A stretch of 64,000 nt of DNA from Lytechinus pictus (lineage: Eukaryota): positions 6,510,001-6,574,000 of the forward strand of contig NC_087251.1 in assembly GCF_037042905.1 (NCBI RefSeq), given 5' to 3'. Numbering within the stretch: position 1 is the stretch's first letter; each line of letters starts with the position of its first letter. Under the pieces are notes generated by a model. It made no database searches. It was not told the origin of the DNA and saw only the letters and a program-made list of their open reading frames with translations. Below are positions 12,001 to 25,100 of the stretch, piece by piece. The position numbers were made by a program, and so were the translations under genes.

Positions 12001-15000
12001 TCTTGCAGATGAAAAAAAAACATTATAACATGTGTATATCTTCACCTTGGTTTTAACAAAATGATTGAAAAAAAAACAAGTTACCTGAAATTACATTGAT
12101 CTAATAGCCATATTTGTGTACATTTTATGAAATAGAGACATATAGAGATTATTTTTCTCAAAAAATTACGATTTAGTAAAAAAAAACAAAAAAAAAACCC
12201 ATATTTTTCAAAGAAAAAACGTAATGCCGTATTTTGGTTGCAAAAACGTACTAAATACGGCTAAAACGTACTGGTTGGCAGGTCTGTACTTTGCAGTCCC
12301 CTAAAATGCCTCTGCAATATTTCACTTCATACATAATTTACCCATAACTTTTATACATCAATGCTATCAAACTTTGTCACTAAGCCTTCTCACATCACAT
12401 ATTAACATGGCCTTATGATCACTATGCACTCTTTATATCATTGATATATATTAAAAGATAGAGCCCCTTTTATTTAAAATATTCACAAATGTTTGTATTC
12501 ATTCTATGGATGAACAGGCATAATGATGCAGCACAACTCTCATTCAAAATGTAAAACATACATTTATTATTTGTTCAAGACTTTGATTTGTCAGGTTCAG
12601 ATTAAAAGTTGAACTACCAATTTGAGTAACATGATTACCTACATAAAGGCATATAAGACACTAAGCTCTTTTATCAAAATTAGCACCCTTATAGGAAAAA
12701 CATAATTCAAATTGTAACGTTTCTTGATTTTATGAATTTGTTATCAGTTCAAGGCTCATTACAGTGCATGCCTAAGAACTCACGTGGAAATAAAGATATC
12801 AAAGGCCTTGTACATTAATTCACAGATAGTGGTAGAATCCTAACCACTGTCATAATTTTGCCGACACCTACCAAAAGTTTATTTTTTACTGGCTTTCCAG
12901 AGGAAGGCCTCGACTGACATGTTCAGATGAGAAGGCTTTAAGGTATGCTGATTTGTAAGAGGAATATTAACTTAAAATCAAATTGCACACAGCCTCATAT
13001 ACAACGATCAACTGTAATAGTGAGTAAAATGGTGGATTTTTTAGGAGTGAATTGAGGGTGACTTTTTCTAATTTTTGCAGGACATCTGTGCTCACTACGA
13101 TTGTTTTTTAACAGAAATATGGTGCGATACAAATGCCGTGGATCATCATTATCACTATAATAATCACTGTGGCCTATCCAAGTTCATTCTTAATTTTGAA
13201 ATTCCCTCCTTCATGAGTGATGATATTTTATATTTCTTTTTTTTAGAATCATGGTATGCAAATATCAGACTTTCTATCTTAAAATTTATTGGAGAATACT
13301 GATATAATAAATTCCTGATTTTCAGTATCATGAGATGTCTAACCATTTTTGCATGATGTAGCAAATATTGAAAGTCATCTCACAATCTTTGGACTTAGAA
13401 CTTGGAAGGCCCCCTACAAATCATTGTACTGTTAAAGCATTCATAATTTTCAATACTATCGGCCATTCTATATTTTTTGTCTTATATAACTTGTGCATAA
13501 ACTACAAATGCAATTATGTATTTGTATAATTAATTTACTTATTTGAAAAAAAATAACTTTCAAAGATTGTACTTGAAAGAGAAGATTCTACCCGACTATA
13601 ACATTGGAAATCTTCTTTCTTTTTGCATTCATCAATATTCATTCTAAATACAGTCTGATCAATTCATACATAAAACCATTATCGAATACTGATAATACAT
13701 AAAACCTGTACACTCTGCATTTGAAACTTATTGACAATGGATAAAAAGCAACCACAAAAAAGAAAGAAAGAGAATAAGAGAATTGAAGTGATCAATTAAG
13801 ATTTTATATCAAACATGATTGTTTTCTTGATATTAAATTTAAAGGTTGTCTTGATTGTTGAAATGCAATCATACTTCCAAGAAAATGTACTACTTCTTCT
13901 AATGATACTGGTACCTCTTTATTTCTGAACAACACATGAAACTGCAATATGAAACAATATAGGAGTATGTATTACTTTCATATGGATCACTTTCTTTTAT
14001 ATCCTGTATGACAATTATATTTTCAATTAAGGAAAATCAAAATGATCAAAATAAGTATGGTATACTCTATAATCAATTTAATACAGCCTCATAAAATTGA
14101 AGTAAAATGGATATATATCAAGAATATTTAGAGAGGAGAAAAACTATATTTGATTCAATTCAGTCCAAATTCACTTGCAATTTCTCAGATATCTTTAAAT
14201 CAGTAGATGACACATTGTTATGAACCATAGAAGAACAATTATTTTATTGCATGGTAAAAATAAATCACTAAAAGATAATATCAGGTTAACTGAAAACAAA
14301 AACTTGTTTGTACACTTGGATTGACATTTGATTTTTTTTTAATGGAGGGGAAAATTAGCAAGGCAAGTACGCAAAAATAGAAGAATCTATATAAAATATG
14401 GTGATCTTATTGAATGGATAATACAGTTAATACAGGAGCTGCGGAATAGTTTTGAAAGTGGGGGCTGAACCATACTTGTGTGTGTGGGGGGGGGAGGTGA
14501 ACACGCATGAAATCACAAATTGATGGCAATTTTCACGTTTCACATTCGGTTCTGTGGCCCCTGTTATTCAGAAATAGTTTATAAGAAGTTCTTCTTTTAT
14601 AAGAAGTCTCTTTAGCAATCTTACTTAATATTGTCAACTACATTGTCTTCTGATTGCATCACATACATATTGTGTGAATTTGACAATGTTCAGTGGTTTT
14701 ATTTAAATTTTTGCCTAAAATCCATTTTCAGAATAGAATGTAGGGATAGCTTGGCCAGATAAATAAATTGTTCCAAATGGATGTACAAGAAGTATAAATG
14801 CCCACATTGATGAGATATGTAGTCTTAAATTCATTTACAGATGTATACGCAAAAAAAAATACTGAATACAAAATTTTAAGAATTGTTTAACAATACATTC
14901 AGTGAAAAAGATCAAATTGGAAAATAAATTGGAATCTAAGATTTAGTAAAAACACATAAACTGAATGACATAAACAGACAACACAAAATCACAAATGACA

Positions 15001-15480
15001 ATACAAGATATCATACCACATAGTCAAACAAGTGTTTCAAATTTGTGTACTAGGAAGAGTAACAAATATTGCCTGTTAGTTCAATGTTTTCTTTAAAAGT
15101 AATTTACAAATTATCTACAGGACACTTCTAAGACTACTTTGAGTTGGTTAAATCTTAAATCTTAATTCTTTTGTATCTATTAATCAACAAAAATGAGTTT
15201 TAAGTGATTGATATTACTTAAAATGACAAAAATGAAACAAATAAAACATAAATCATACGAGTAGCTGAGTTACAACATGCGCAAATATCATAATACCCAA
15301 AATGTGTTTGCATTGTTTATATAAAGACAGCCTCAATTTAGGATATCCTATTGTAGATGCAGCAAGTTTGTAGAAACATCTTACAAACCTATTAATAAAA
15401 GGTCTCTGACCTATCAATTAAAGAAGGTTCTCGGTAAATGTCATGTAGGCTTGTCCTCACTGAAAGTTCAATGACCTTCC
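9010..15480 (-). other. Probable long 3'UTR of the FRMD6-like gene; AATAAA at 9036-9031, alternatives near 10.2 kb and 14248-14243
   Basis: U-rich non-coding tract on the minus strand after the stop, ending at AATAAA followed by a U/GU-rich stretch. Confidence 0.45.
11874..12286. mobile_element. hAT-like MITE within the putative 3'UTR
   Basis: 14-bp TIR CAGACCTGCCAACC; TSD degraded. Confidence 0.7.
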
Positions 15481-16173
15481 TTAATGACTGGCAATAGGAA
15501 CTTTAGCACCAGGTGAAAGATTAGGGGCAGAGTATGAGACAGATTCATCACGTTGAACTGAGTTGACACTTGCACCAAGAAGCAGCATTTGCTCACTGGC
15601 ATTCATCTTGGACGGCAGTGTTTGACATTTGACCCTGCCTTCACTGGCCGAGTCAAAGCTTAACCTGACATCAAAAGGTGTACTGTCCATGAGCGTGATG
15701 TCCATATCTGCTAGATTGTTCAAGGTTGATAACGTTTGATGTTTGGAGAGGTTTCCTTGCGAGTATCCCAAGGAGCTCATTGTGTTGATCATGGAGCAGG
15801 ACTTTGCATTGAGTCTCTCCACAACAGAGCTATGCATGTCTGAGTCTATTGAGCTATGACTTACAAGAGTAGTCAAGGATGTGTTCAAATCTTCATGATA
15901 GCTCTTCTCATGGACGGAGCCAGAGCCGCGACTACTAGATGTTCGACTCAAGTCGTTGCTTCCCAATGAATTGTCTTCATGAGTTGTATTGCTTTGTTCT
16001 TGTTGCATCATCAAGAGTGAGCGATCATTGCATAGCGCACTCAGTAAAGGAGCAGTTACATCCTTGTCAGCAATTTCTGCTCTGATTTTCCTTGTGTCTA
16101 TGAGTTGATGATGGTTGCTGGATCGACTGTGCTTCTTGTGATATCTCCTCTCATCTTCATCATCGTCCTCTGC
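15481..16173 (-). CDS. FRMD6: FRMD6-like terminal coding exon (AEDDDEDERR...KVPIASH*)
   Basis: gtgcag acceptor, phase 0; ORF 15481-16206; TAA stop. Confidence 0.85.
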   Translation of the reverse strand, partial: AEDDDEDERRYHKKHSRSSNHHQLIDTRKIRAEIADKDVTAPLLSALCNDRSLLMMQQEQSNTTHEDNSLGSNDLSRTSSSRGSGSVHEKSYHEDLNTSLTTLVSHSSIDSDMHSSVVERLNAKSCSMINTMSSLGYSQGNLSKHQTLSTLNNLADMDITLMDSTPFDVRLSFDSASEGRVKCQTLPSKMNASEQMLLLGASVNSVQRDESVSYSAPNLSPGAKVPIASH

Positions 16174-19100
16174 CTGCACAGGTATCAATAGTAAAAAACA
16201 CATCACAATTTAAGATTTGTTTCAATGTTTCACTTTGTTAAGAGCACAAAATGCAGGACACTATTTGCATCAGCCATTATTAAAAAACGCAGCAACATGC
16301 TGCTGCACACAGATCTTTATTCTTTCTTGATCCATCCTAAATCAAGCATGCTTTTATTGAATATGGCAATTACACTTCAGAATGTAAAAAAAAAGGAGAG
16401 AATGAGATTCATATGATCTCACATTAATCTCATATCTAACTTATTTCCTCTTCATCCCTTTACCCTTAAGCTCCTGTCAACTTCAGCAATTAATCATTTC
16501 CAATACAATTATGAAGCCACACCATCCTAGAAATTTGGTAATCTTCATCTTGCATTACCTCATCATCTGATGCCCATTCCGATTCACTAAGCATGCCAGT
16601 AGCGTCTTGATGTACCACCACTGGTTTACCAGGTTCACTAGAGGAAGATGAATGAGTTGCATTGTGTTCCTTGTGACTGGATGCATCAGACATAGCTGCA
16701 GAATGACGCTTTGATACACCATCTGCATCAAAACAAGTCAACAAAACATAATCATGAATGAATGTTAATCGGGTGTTTATGCCCAGATTCCATTTTCAAA
16801 ATCCTTTATTATAAACAATTTGTAATCTCAAATGGAAGCGTGGTGGCAACATGATTTTGATTCTTGCCTTTCAACCAGAGGGTAACAAAAATTCTTATTC
16901 TGGGCTCTAGCTGCAAAAGGATGTAGGGTGAAGCCCTGGTAGGATATATGCCTTAATGTGAAACAAGAATTATGCAAAATTAATTTGGCAGTCTAAGCTA
17001 CTAATCTAAGATTAATTAGTCTTGGTGCCACATTGGATTCTGATGTTGGCTACAAACCAGCTTATATCAATCATAGTCCTGTAAATACACACAGAAATGT
17101 TTGCTCATAATATGATACAATACAAGAACAGTATTATCATTGGTATAATTGTAAAGAATTATAATTTATTTTTGTAGGAGACAAGACTCACCAGAGTATA
17201 GCAGCATGTCCTCTCTTGAAGTAGAAGGTTGTAGTGTTTGGTGGGATTCGAGTTGTGGGATATGGGTCATTGTTGATAAAGGAATCTCAATTATTTTATA
17301 TGGTGACGACATGTCATCATCTAAAAGGAAAAGATAAAAAATGAAATTATCACTGCATGAAAGTTTACAGTTATCTTGATATAACATTTTCACACAATTA
17401 ATAAAACATACACAATTTCATACTATATTAAGTTTTCATGATTTCATTCTAAAATGATACTGGTCTATTTATAATACAAACATATCAAATGGATTTCATT
17501 CAGCAAGTGATATTTTATTACGTCACTGTCAAGATCCACATACAAATGTCAAATTTCTCATTTTATACCAATTAATTACTGAGTGGCAGTACACAAATCT
17601 GCATTTTTTATATCAAGTCATAGAATCTTGATACTGCCATGTCGATCAAGGGAATGGTTTTGAGCAGCAAGTGGTCTTTCATTACCTCGCTTAAAAAAAC
17701 ACACAAAAAAATGTCATATTCTGATTTTTTTTATAAATACAAGTTAATATTTATTGAGTACATCAATCTGCATGTTCTACATCACGTGACCCTTCTTGAC
17801 CTTGGTACATAGATCAAATGGAATGGTTCAAACCTTCACTCATTGTCTTCTCAACCGGTGACCTCTCATCTGATACGATACCAGAGGTTGCTACAGAGCT
17901 CACATTACTGATTACAGACATCCTTTGGTCAACCTTGGTGGTAGACATCTCACTATGAGATGTGGTTGTCATAGAGCTATCTACATCTGACCAGGAGATG
18001 TCACCACTAATGTACGATTCACGGTATCGTTTCTTCTCTGTGGGTTAAATCAAACAGAAAGATACCATGATAAATTTACTTGTAACACTTGGTACATTCA
18101 GTAACCTCAGGGGCCACTTTTTTCCAAAACCGTGTACAACAACGTAAAAATTACCATATGATTGTGATTTTTTGCATGGTCAGCCCCCTCCCCCCCACTT
18201 TGAAAACCGTTCTGCGGTCCCTGAGCCTTACTAGAACACACACCTAAAAAGTTGCTATGATAGCAAGTCCTGATGGAATGTAAAATACCATGACGACAGT
18301 GAAAATTCTGTTTCTTGATTGGCTCTTCCATGAAAGGTGACATTCAAGTAAGAGTTGCTATCATAGAAACTTTATATGAAATGGGGCCCTGATTTGCTAT
18401 TATAGATTTTAAGAATTATATTTTAATACAAATACATTGTATCTTCCAGGGAGCAGGACAGGGCAAGAAATGTAAAATATAGAAATTCTGATTGCTGCAA
18501 AAGTAAAGTCATACTGGGATCGATGAACTTGAATAAAATTAAAATTAAATGATTTAAATTTCAAGAAAGATTTAAAGAGAAAGATCACTTAAAGATTAAA
18601 ATTAAGTTAGTCAATTTTTTCTTTCCTGCTATTATAAGCATTTTAATAAAAGAGAATGCAGAGTATAACATTGTCATTAAAACATAGCAGTTAAAGAAAA
18701 TTTTAAAAATAGAAAGGAAGGGAAGGAGAAAGGGGGAAATAAGGGAAAGAAAGAGGAAAAAAGGGGGGGGGGGAGAGTTCAAACTGATCAACGAAATTCC
18801 TGAGAGCACTTACCTGAAGCACTTTCTCTGATACGCGCTCGATCTACCAATGACTGTGTTTGCATCTGGAATGAATGGGTCAGCTTGCATAGCCTCAATA
18901 AATGTTTGGACCTATGAATAAATAAAAATTGAAATATTACAAATTATCTTAACAAATGTACTTCAAAGTATAAAGAAATTGAACATAATATAAAAAAATA
19001 TATAAAGCACATTCATAATTAAAAGTTATTGTTTACAGGACATTCTATCTTGGCCATTTCAAACTGATATCATTGTCAGAGAATATTTCTTTCAAAACAT

Positions 19101-22100
19101 AAGTGATGACTCAAACTACAAAACATATCATATAGAAAATGCAGATGGCAAAGTGTTTAAATTGTCATAAATATTAAGGAATTCTGAAGACTATGAGGTT
19201 AAATTTTAATAAGGGTTTAATTTAAGAATGGTGATACAATAACTTACTTTGCTTCAGTGCATGTGTAGTATGTGATTTTCCTTCCATCTGATACTCCCTC
19301 CACAAGAAGCTCAAACTTCTTTTTCTGTGATAAAGAAGAATAAATACGACTCTAAAGTTTCCGAAATGATACCCTGAGTACATGGACAACTTGTACTTTG
19401 ATAGTCCACTTCTTATTGGTAAATTTAACTACTACTCAATCAACTTTTGAAGATAAAAATCTGAAAATAGACAGAACATATTCAAACATGTTTCTACTTT
19501 ACCATAAGCCTGAAGATTACACAAAGTAGTATCATGCAATTGGATACAAGAATATTCTAATTTATAAAACATGTACTGTAAGAATCATACAGTATGCAGT
19601 AACATTTAACACCTTAAATCTGTAAAAACACAAAATATATCACCATGTTGATATATGAATTCGGGAATGAACTGAAATTGAGAAAATGTAATGATATATT
19701 TACCTGGAATATCAATCTCTTGATGTCAACCCAAGGGTATTCACATAAAAGGTACTTTCCATCTGTAGAATCCTAAACATAAAAAAGAAACACTTTTAAA
19801 TAACTTTCAATATTCAAGAAAGAGAATTGGTTATACTGCTTTCCATTGTTGGTTATAAGAGTACTGTGGATAACATGCATGGAAGCTCTTTAAAGCACAA
19901 TTGGATATTCAACGAGAAATGTTAATTCCATAACATCTAAACGCCAATTAACACCCCTAACAAAAATGATGTGGTTGATTTAAAAGGTTTATAGCTACAC
20001 ATTTCATTTCTTACCCAACAATGGATATAGTGTTAATTGCACTGAAATAAATAGACCTTATCCACAAAATGGTGAAGAAGAATTTCTCACATGATGGCTT
20101 ATTGGAATACAGGAAATCTTGATCATTTCATGCTACATTAAGAATTATATTATGACCAGAAACAACAAATATAAAGCCACTCATAACGAGGAAGTGTTCA
20201 AACATTTTCTCGTCTTAGTTTGTATTCAAGCAATACCATAAAAGTTGATCCAAATATGATTGCATATTCTCTTTATTTTGTGTTGATAGAATAATATTAT
20301 ACTTTCCCATATAGAGAGCTAATACATTTCATTTCCTCCAATACCTCATATAAATGGATGCCTTTTGTGCACACACCAAGCCATATTGATGGAGTTTGTT
20401 CTGTCTTGGTCTGAAAGAAAAAAAACAAAAACATATGACTGCTCCATTAGTTTCCTTTGTAGCAGTGTAGTACAATGATAGTCATATTCAATAATGTATT
20501 TTGGCAACTGTGAACTTATACAGCAGAAAATTCTGAAAGAAAATCTCACAATTTACGGTAAATTCAGTATACTATACCATTCACATTCTAAATTACATTT
20601 AAGTTCAGGCAAACAACTGTGAAAAAAAATATAATGCTGTTACTAAGTATCCGTATATAGTATATATTCAGTGTTCTGCATTGACAGTTGTGAAATATAT
20701 GTTGTGTTACTACTACAGAAAAAATGAAAAGTTTATTTGTAAGGCCTATGTAGTATGTATGCCTAGCAATTGAGTCTTGCAACACTTGTTGGAATGCTCC
20801 CAAGAATGAGGATCCGATGACCGGGGTACATCTGTAAAGCGACGTTCCGACGTCAAAGAGACGTTCCAATGTATTAAGCACTATATAAAAGTGGATTATT
20901 ATTATTATGGAGATTGCATATATGAGAGCCAAGTAGTCTTACAGGTCACACCCATCAGGCTCCAAGAATGCAATAAAGTTATATACACAATGCAGATTGC
21001 AACCCTTGAAGTGCCAAAAGAAAGACAAAGTCGCATGGAACCGAAAGTATCAAGCAAACATACAAGTGATATTAGATGGTTCTTCATCAGCAAGAAATAG
21101 ATCAATCTTAAGATTTGATTTCTAGCCACATCAACCGACAAGTCATCAAAATTAATCCCAAGATTCAAGAAAAACCACATAAATCAGAAAAAGACCACTT
21201 GATCTCTTTGGTTATTAAGTGGTTTGTTTATTTTCGTTGGGTTAGTCTCTGGTTAGTTGAATTTAATCAGTCCAAGAAGATTCAAATTAACTGAGGAACT
21301 TGAACTGATCATTAGAGAGAGGAGGAAGAGAGACTGTAGAAAAAGAGAAATATGGATATGGGGATAGAGGAGGGGGAGAGAGAGAAACAGGAATGAGAAG
21401 AGAAAAACAGATAAACCCAGAGAGAGATAGAGAAGGGGGTTTTGTGGGTTTTGAAAATTCAGATTGCACACAGAGGTGTGTAGACAGGGATTATTTTACT
21501 CAACACAAAGACACATCCTAAAACACTATTGAACCCTTTATAAAAAGATAACCTTCCTCAAGACTATAACAGACTAAAATTCCCTAAAAGTCTGTGGTTT
21601 TGCTTCATTAGTACTAATTTCTACTATTTTCCTAGATATTCATTTCTAAAGTCTCAAGTGATAGAAAGTTCAAGCGATCACAGAAGCATGGAATAAATCA
21701 CAATGTCAATTTTTTTACAAGGCTATCTATAGTCAATAATAAAGCTTAATAATGAATGAAATCATGTAGACAGGAGACAGGTACCGTCTGTCGATTTTCA
21801 TGAATCAAAAGACTATTAAAACAAATTCCAGCAAAGAGGAATCGTCAAGTCACTTCAATTGCTTAGCCAATATGCCCAATAACACTGACATCTTCACCCT
21901 TCTTCTGGGTAAAAAGTGGCAAAGTGTAAATCCTGATATTTCTTGTATATCTTCACAAAAAAATCTAAAAGTACTAAGTAAGTAGTTCAGATTGCAAGAA
22001 TTGCAGCAGCCTGAGCAATCAGAAACAGATTATACTCATTTAAATCTTTTTGAGGCAGGAGCATAGATTTTCATTAGTATTGTGTCCTACAAATAAAGAG

Positions 22101-25100
22101 CACTCACTGAAAAATTTGATAAACTGAAATTGTTGATAAACATCATATCAGGAGAAAATAGCATGAAACTCTTGAAACAATTTAACAAAAGCAAGAAGAG
22201 GATAGAGCAGAACTTTCCAAGAATGTAAGTAATAAAAGAGAAAAAAAAGCTCTTTAAAAATATATATATAACTGCCCAAAAATAACAGCAGCAGTCAAGG
22301 AGATCTAATGTCATGCTTTACTGATGTAAAACAAATTCATCATACAAGACTAACCATGAGATATGTATTTTTGCTAAACCATTGAAACCAAGCAAAAAAA
22401 AAAAAATAATAATAACCATGTAGGCCTATAGTGCAGTGTCATAAATAATGATATAGGCCTACCACTGTACTACTGTACCACTGTACCACCATCATTTTCA
22501 AAATGCAGCCCCTTCAAACATAGAGTATGTCACTCCACAAATGATTAATGCCATTTCAAGTTTTCTTCTTTATTTTCATGATTTTCCAAATCATGAAACT
22601 TCTTGGAACTCATACCCCCTATCTCTAATCTTAGAAAATCCTTCACAAGCGTGCTCAGCTGTATGGTTTCCTTCAGTATATATATACTTCCATTCTTTTC
22701 CTAAGTCTTGCAAAGATTGAATTCCTGGAGGTCTCCTGAAATGAAACCCAAGGTCACTTCTGTTAAATGTTACCATGCTCACTAGGATTTCAGGGACTAA
22801 AATCATTTTAACTCCAGGTTATTTTTATTAGTCTTTAGAAATATTCTGTTGAATTAAAATCTCAAGGTCATTTAGTTGTCTTGTCCCAAAAATTTACTAT
22901 TCAGTTTGGAAAGCAACAACACTGATATACAAAGTGAATAAATAAACAAACAAATAAATAATAAATATGACCAAATATCATATGAACAAATAAAATCAAC
23001 ACTACCTGAAAATTATTGAAAATTTAAAATACATGTTTATGTCATCTCATCTTGACACAATTTTCATATCATTGAGAATGATTAAATATTATTACTTTCT
23101 CAAGGGGTAGGAATAATCAACAATTGTTATTCAACCTACAATCCAAGTTAGATTTATTTCATTATTTTATACACACATACATGAAAGTAAAAAGTCAGAC
23201 CAACATGCAAAACATAAGCTTATTGATATACATTACAAAGCATTTAAGTTGTTTGGGAGAGATTTCTTTCATGCTCTATTCACCTCTCCCAATAAACAAC
23301 CCCAATAATATCTTGCAGAATTTTTAACCAAATATCTAACCATGGACCAAGCTTCAACATTTTCGGTTTTAATGGAAATCACAAATATCAGATAACACAA
23401 GCACTTTAACATAGCACTTCCAGTGAACAATGCAGCTTTGAAAATCAATCTTCGAACTGTGAAACAAAAAATGTAAGCCTGGAGAGAGGATCTACAGGAG
23501 CCTCTAAACAAGAAGTTTGATTTACAACCGGTTCACTTTGTTCTCTGCTTGGTTCATTGCTATTGAACCGAGGGTCATCATACAAGTACACTGTAATCAT
23601 CTGAGGGACCTACACTTTACATTCCTAGAATACTTCAATCCAATGTGTGGTCACAAACACCAACCACATGTGCTCAAGCACACTACCATCAAAACACATT
23701 AATTTTTCATGGTCCAAGCTACTCCTTGGACTCCACAACAACACACCTGTCACATCTTAGGTGATTGATGTGGTTTTCTCTACTTGTTTGCGTAAACAAT
23801 ATTCATGCACTTGTCAAATACAAAACTCCTATTTCCCCTAATTTCATTTAAAACCCTAATTAAATCCCATTGTCATTTTTTCCTTCATATTTACCTGTGA
23901 CTAATTTCATATGTTTCATTTAGAGAAGGTATGACCACTATGTGCTTGAGTGAACAAGCGTGTCTAGCTCCCTCGATTGAAACTCATCCATGCAGAGATA
24001 AAGCTTTACTGTACCACATATTTATGGTACAATAACGAATATTTCCAAGCTTGTTGAGGCAACTGAGCATAAATATTTCTTATTCATCTCTGCATGGCAG
24101 GTGGTTATCTATACATTTTGTCTTTCCCTCATTTTTTCCTTCTTTCTCAACATTTTTATTCATCCTTTTTGAGTTCCATAACTTGTGGGTGAAGTGCACG
24201 CGAATAGATTTGACACGGCCCAGCAAATGTATGAATAGAGTAGCTGATCTCAGAATAAGGGGATCTGGTGCAATGTACTTTTTTTTCATTGATAAGTGAA
24301 TAAATGCCTTACTAGGTCTTCTTCACTTCCTTCTAATGAGTGTATATCAAAATACCAATACAACTATGATGCATAATGCCATATACCATCATAAAGCACA
24401 ATGCAGAATAGACAGTGGGCCTACTCGTATTATGATCATTGCTCTACTATTAAATGGAAATAATGGGATACATAAATGACCATCATCATTACAGACAATA
24501 AGAAGTCTGATGATGCAAAGAATGAAAGATGACAAAGTTATGCTGAAATCATATCAGAGGAAAAAAAATACTTTTAAAGATTAACTTAGATTGGCTTGAA
24601 AATCATACCAATATCAGTTTGTAATCCATATCTTGCCCAGTATAATGGACAAAGTCATCTTTCAACTGAACTAGAACTGTGCCGTGTTACCTTGAGCACT
24701 ATTAAATGCTGAAAACATCAACTATTTTTCCAGATTAAGAAAGAAAATAATATATACCAAAGATATGAAGAAAATGAACAATACTTCTGAATAGCTTCAA
24801 TTCACTGTCTGAACATTTTTTTCAAGGTGACTTGAATGATAAGCTACTGGAATTTGAAAACAAGCAAGAAATCAATATCATGCTTGACTTCCAAGTAAAT
24901 ATGTTCCACCATCAAGCATCCATAGGATTTCAATGTCTATGTTTCAATATAACTCAAAATAATGAAAGTACAACCAGCTGTTGCTGTGTCACTAAATATA
25001 ACACATTTATCAAACTGTTCCATTGTTAACATATGGTGATATATGATGTAACAGAACCCTCAGAATAGGATTATCTGATATCAAAGAAAAATGCTTCCAC

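Noticed and set aside
22616-22735. Possible cassette or poison exon (tttcag|GAGACC...GG|GTATGA)
   Set aside because: In-frame stop after 20 codons and the FERM domain is complete without it; no support without RNA-seq.
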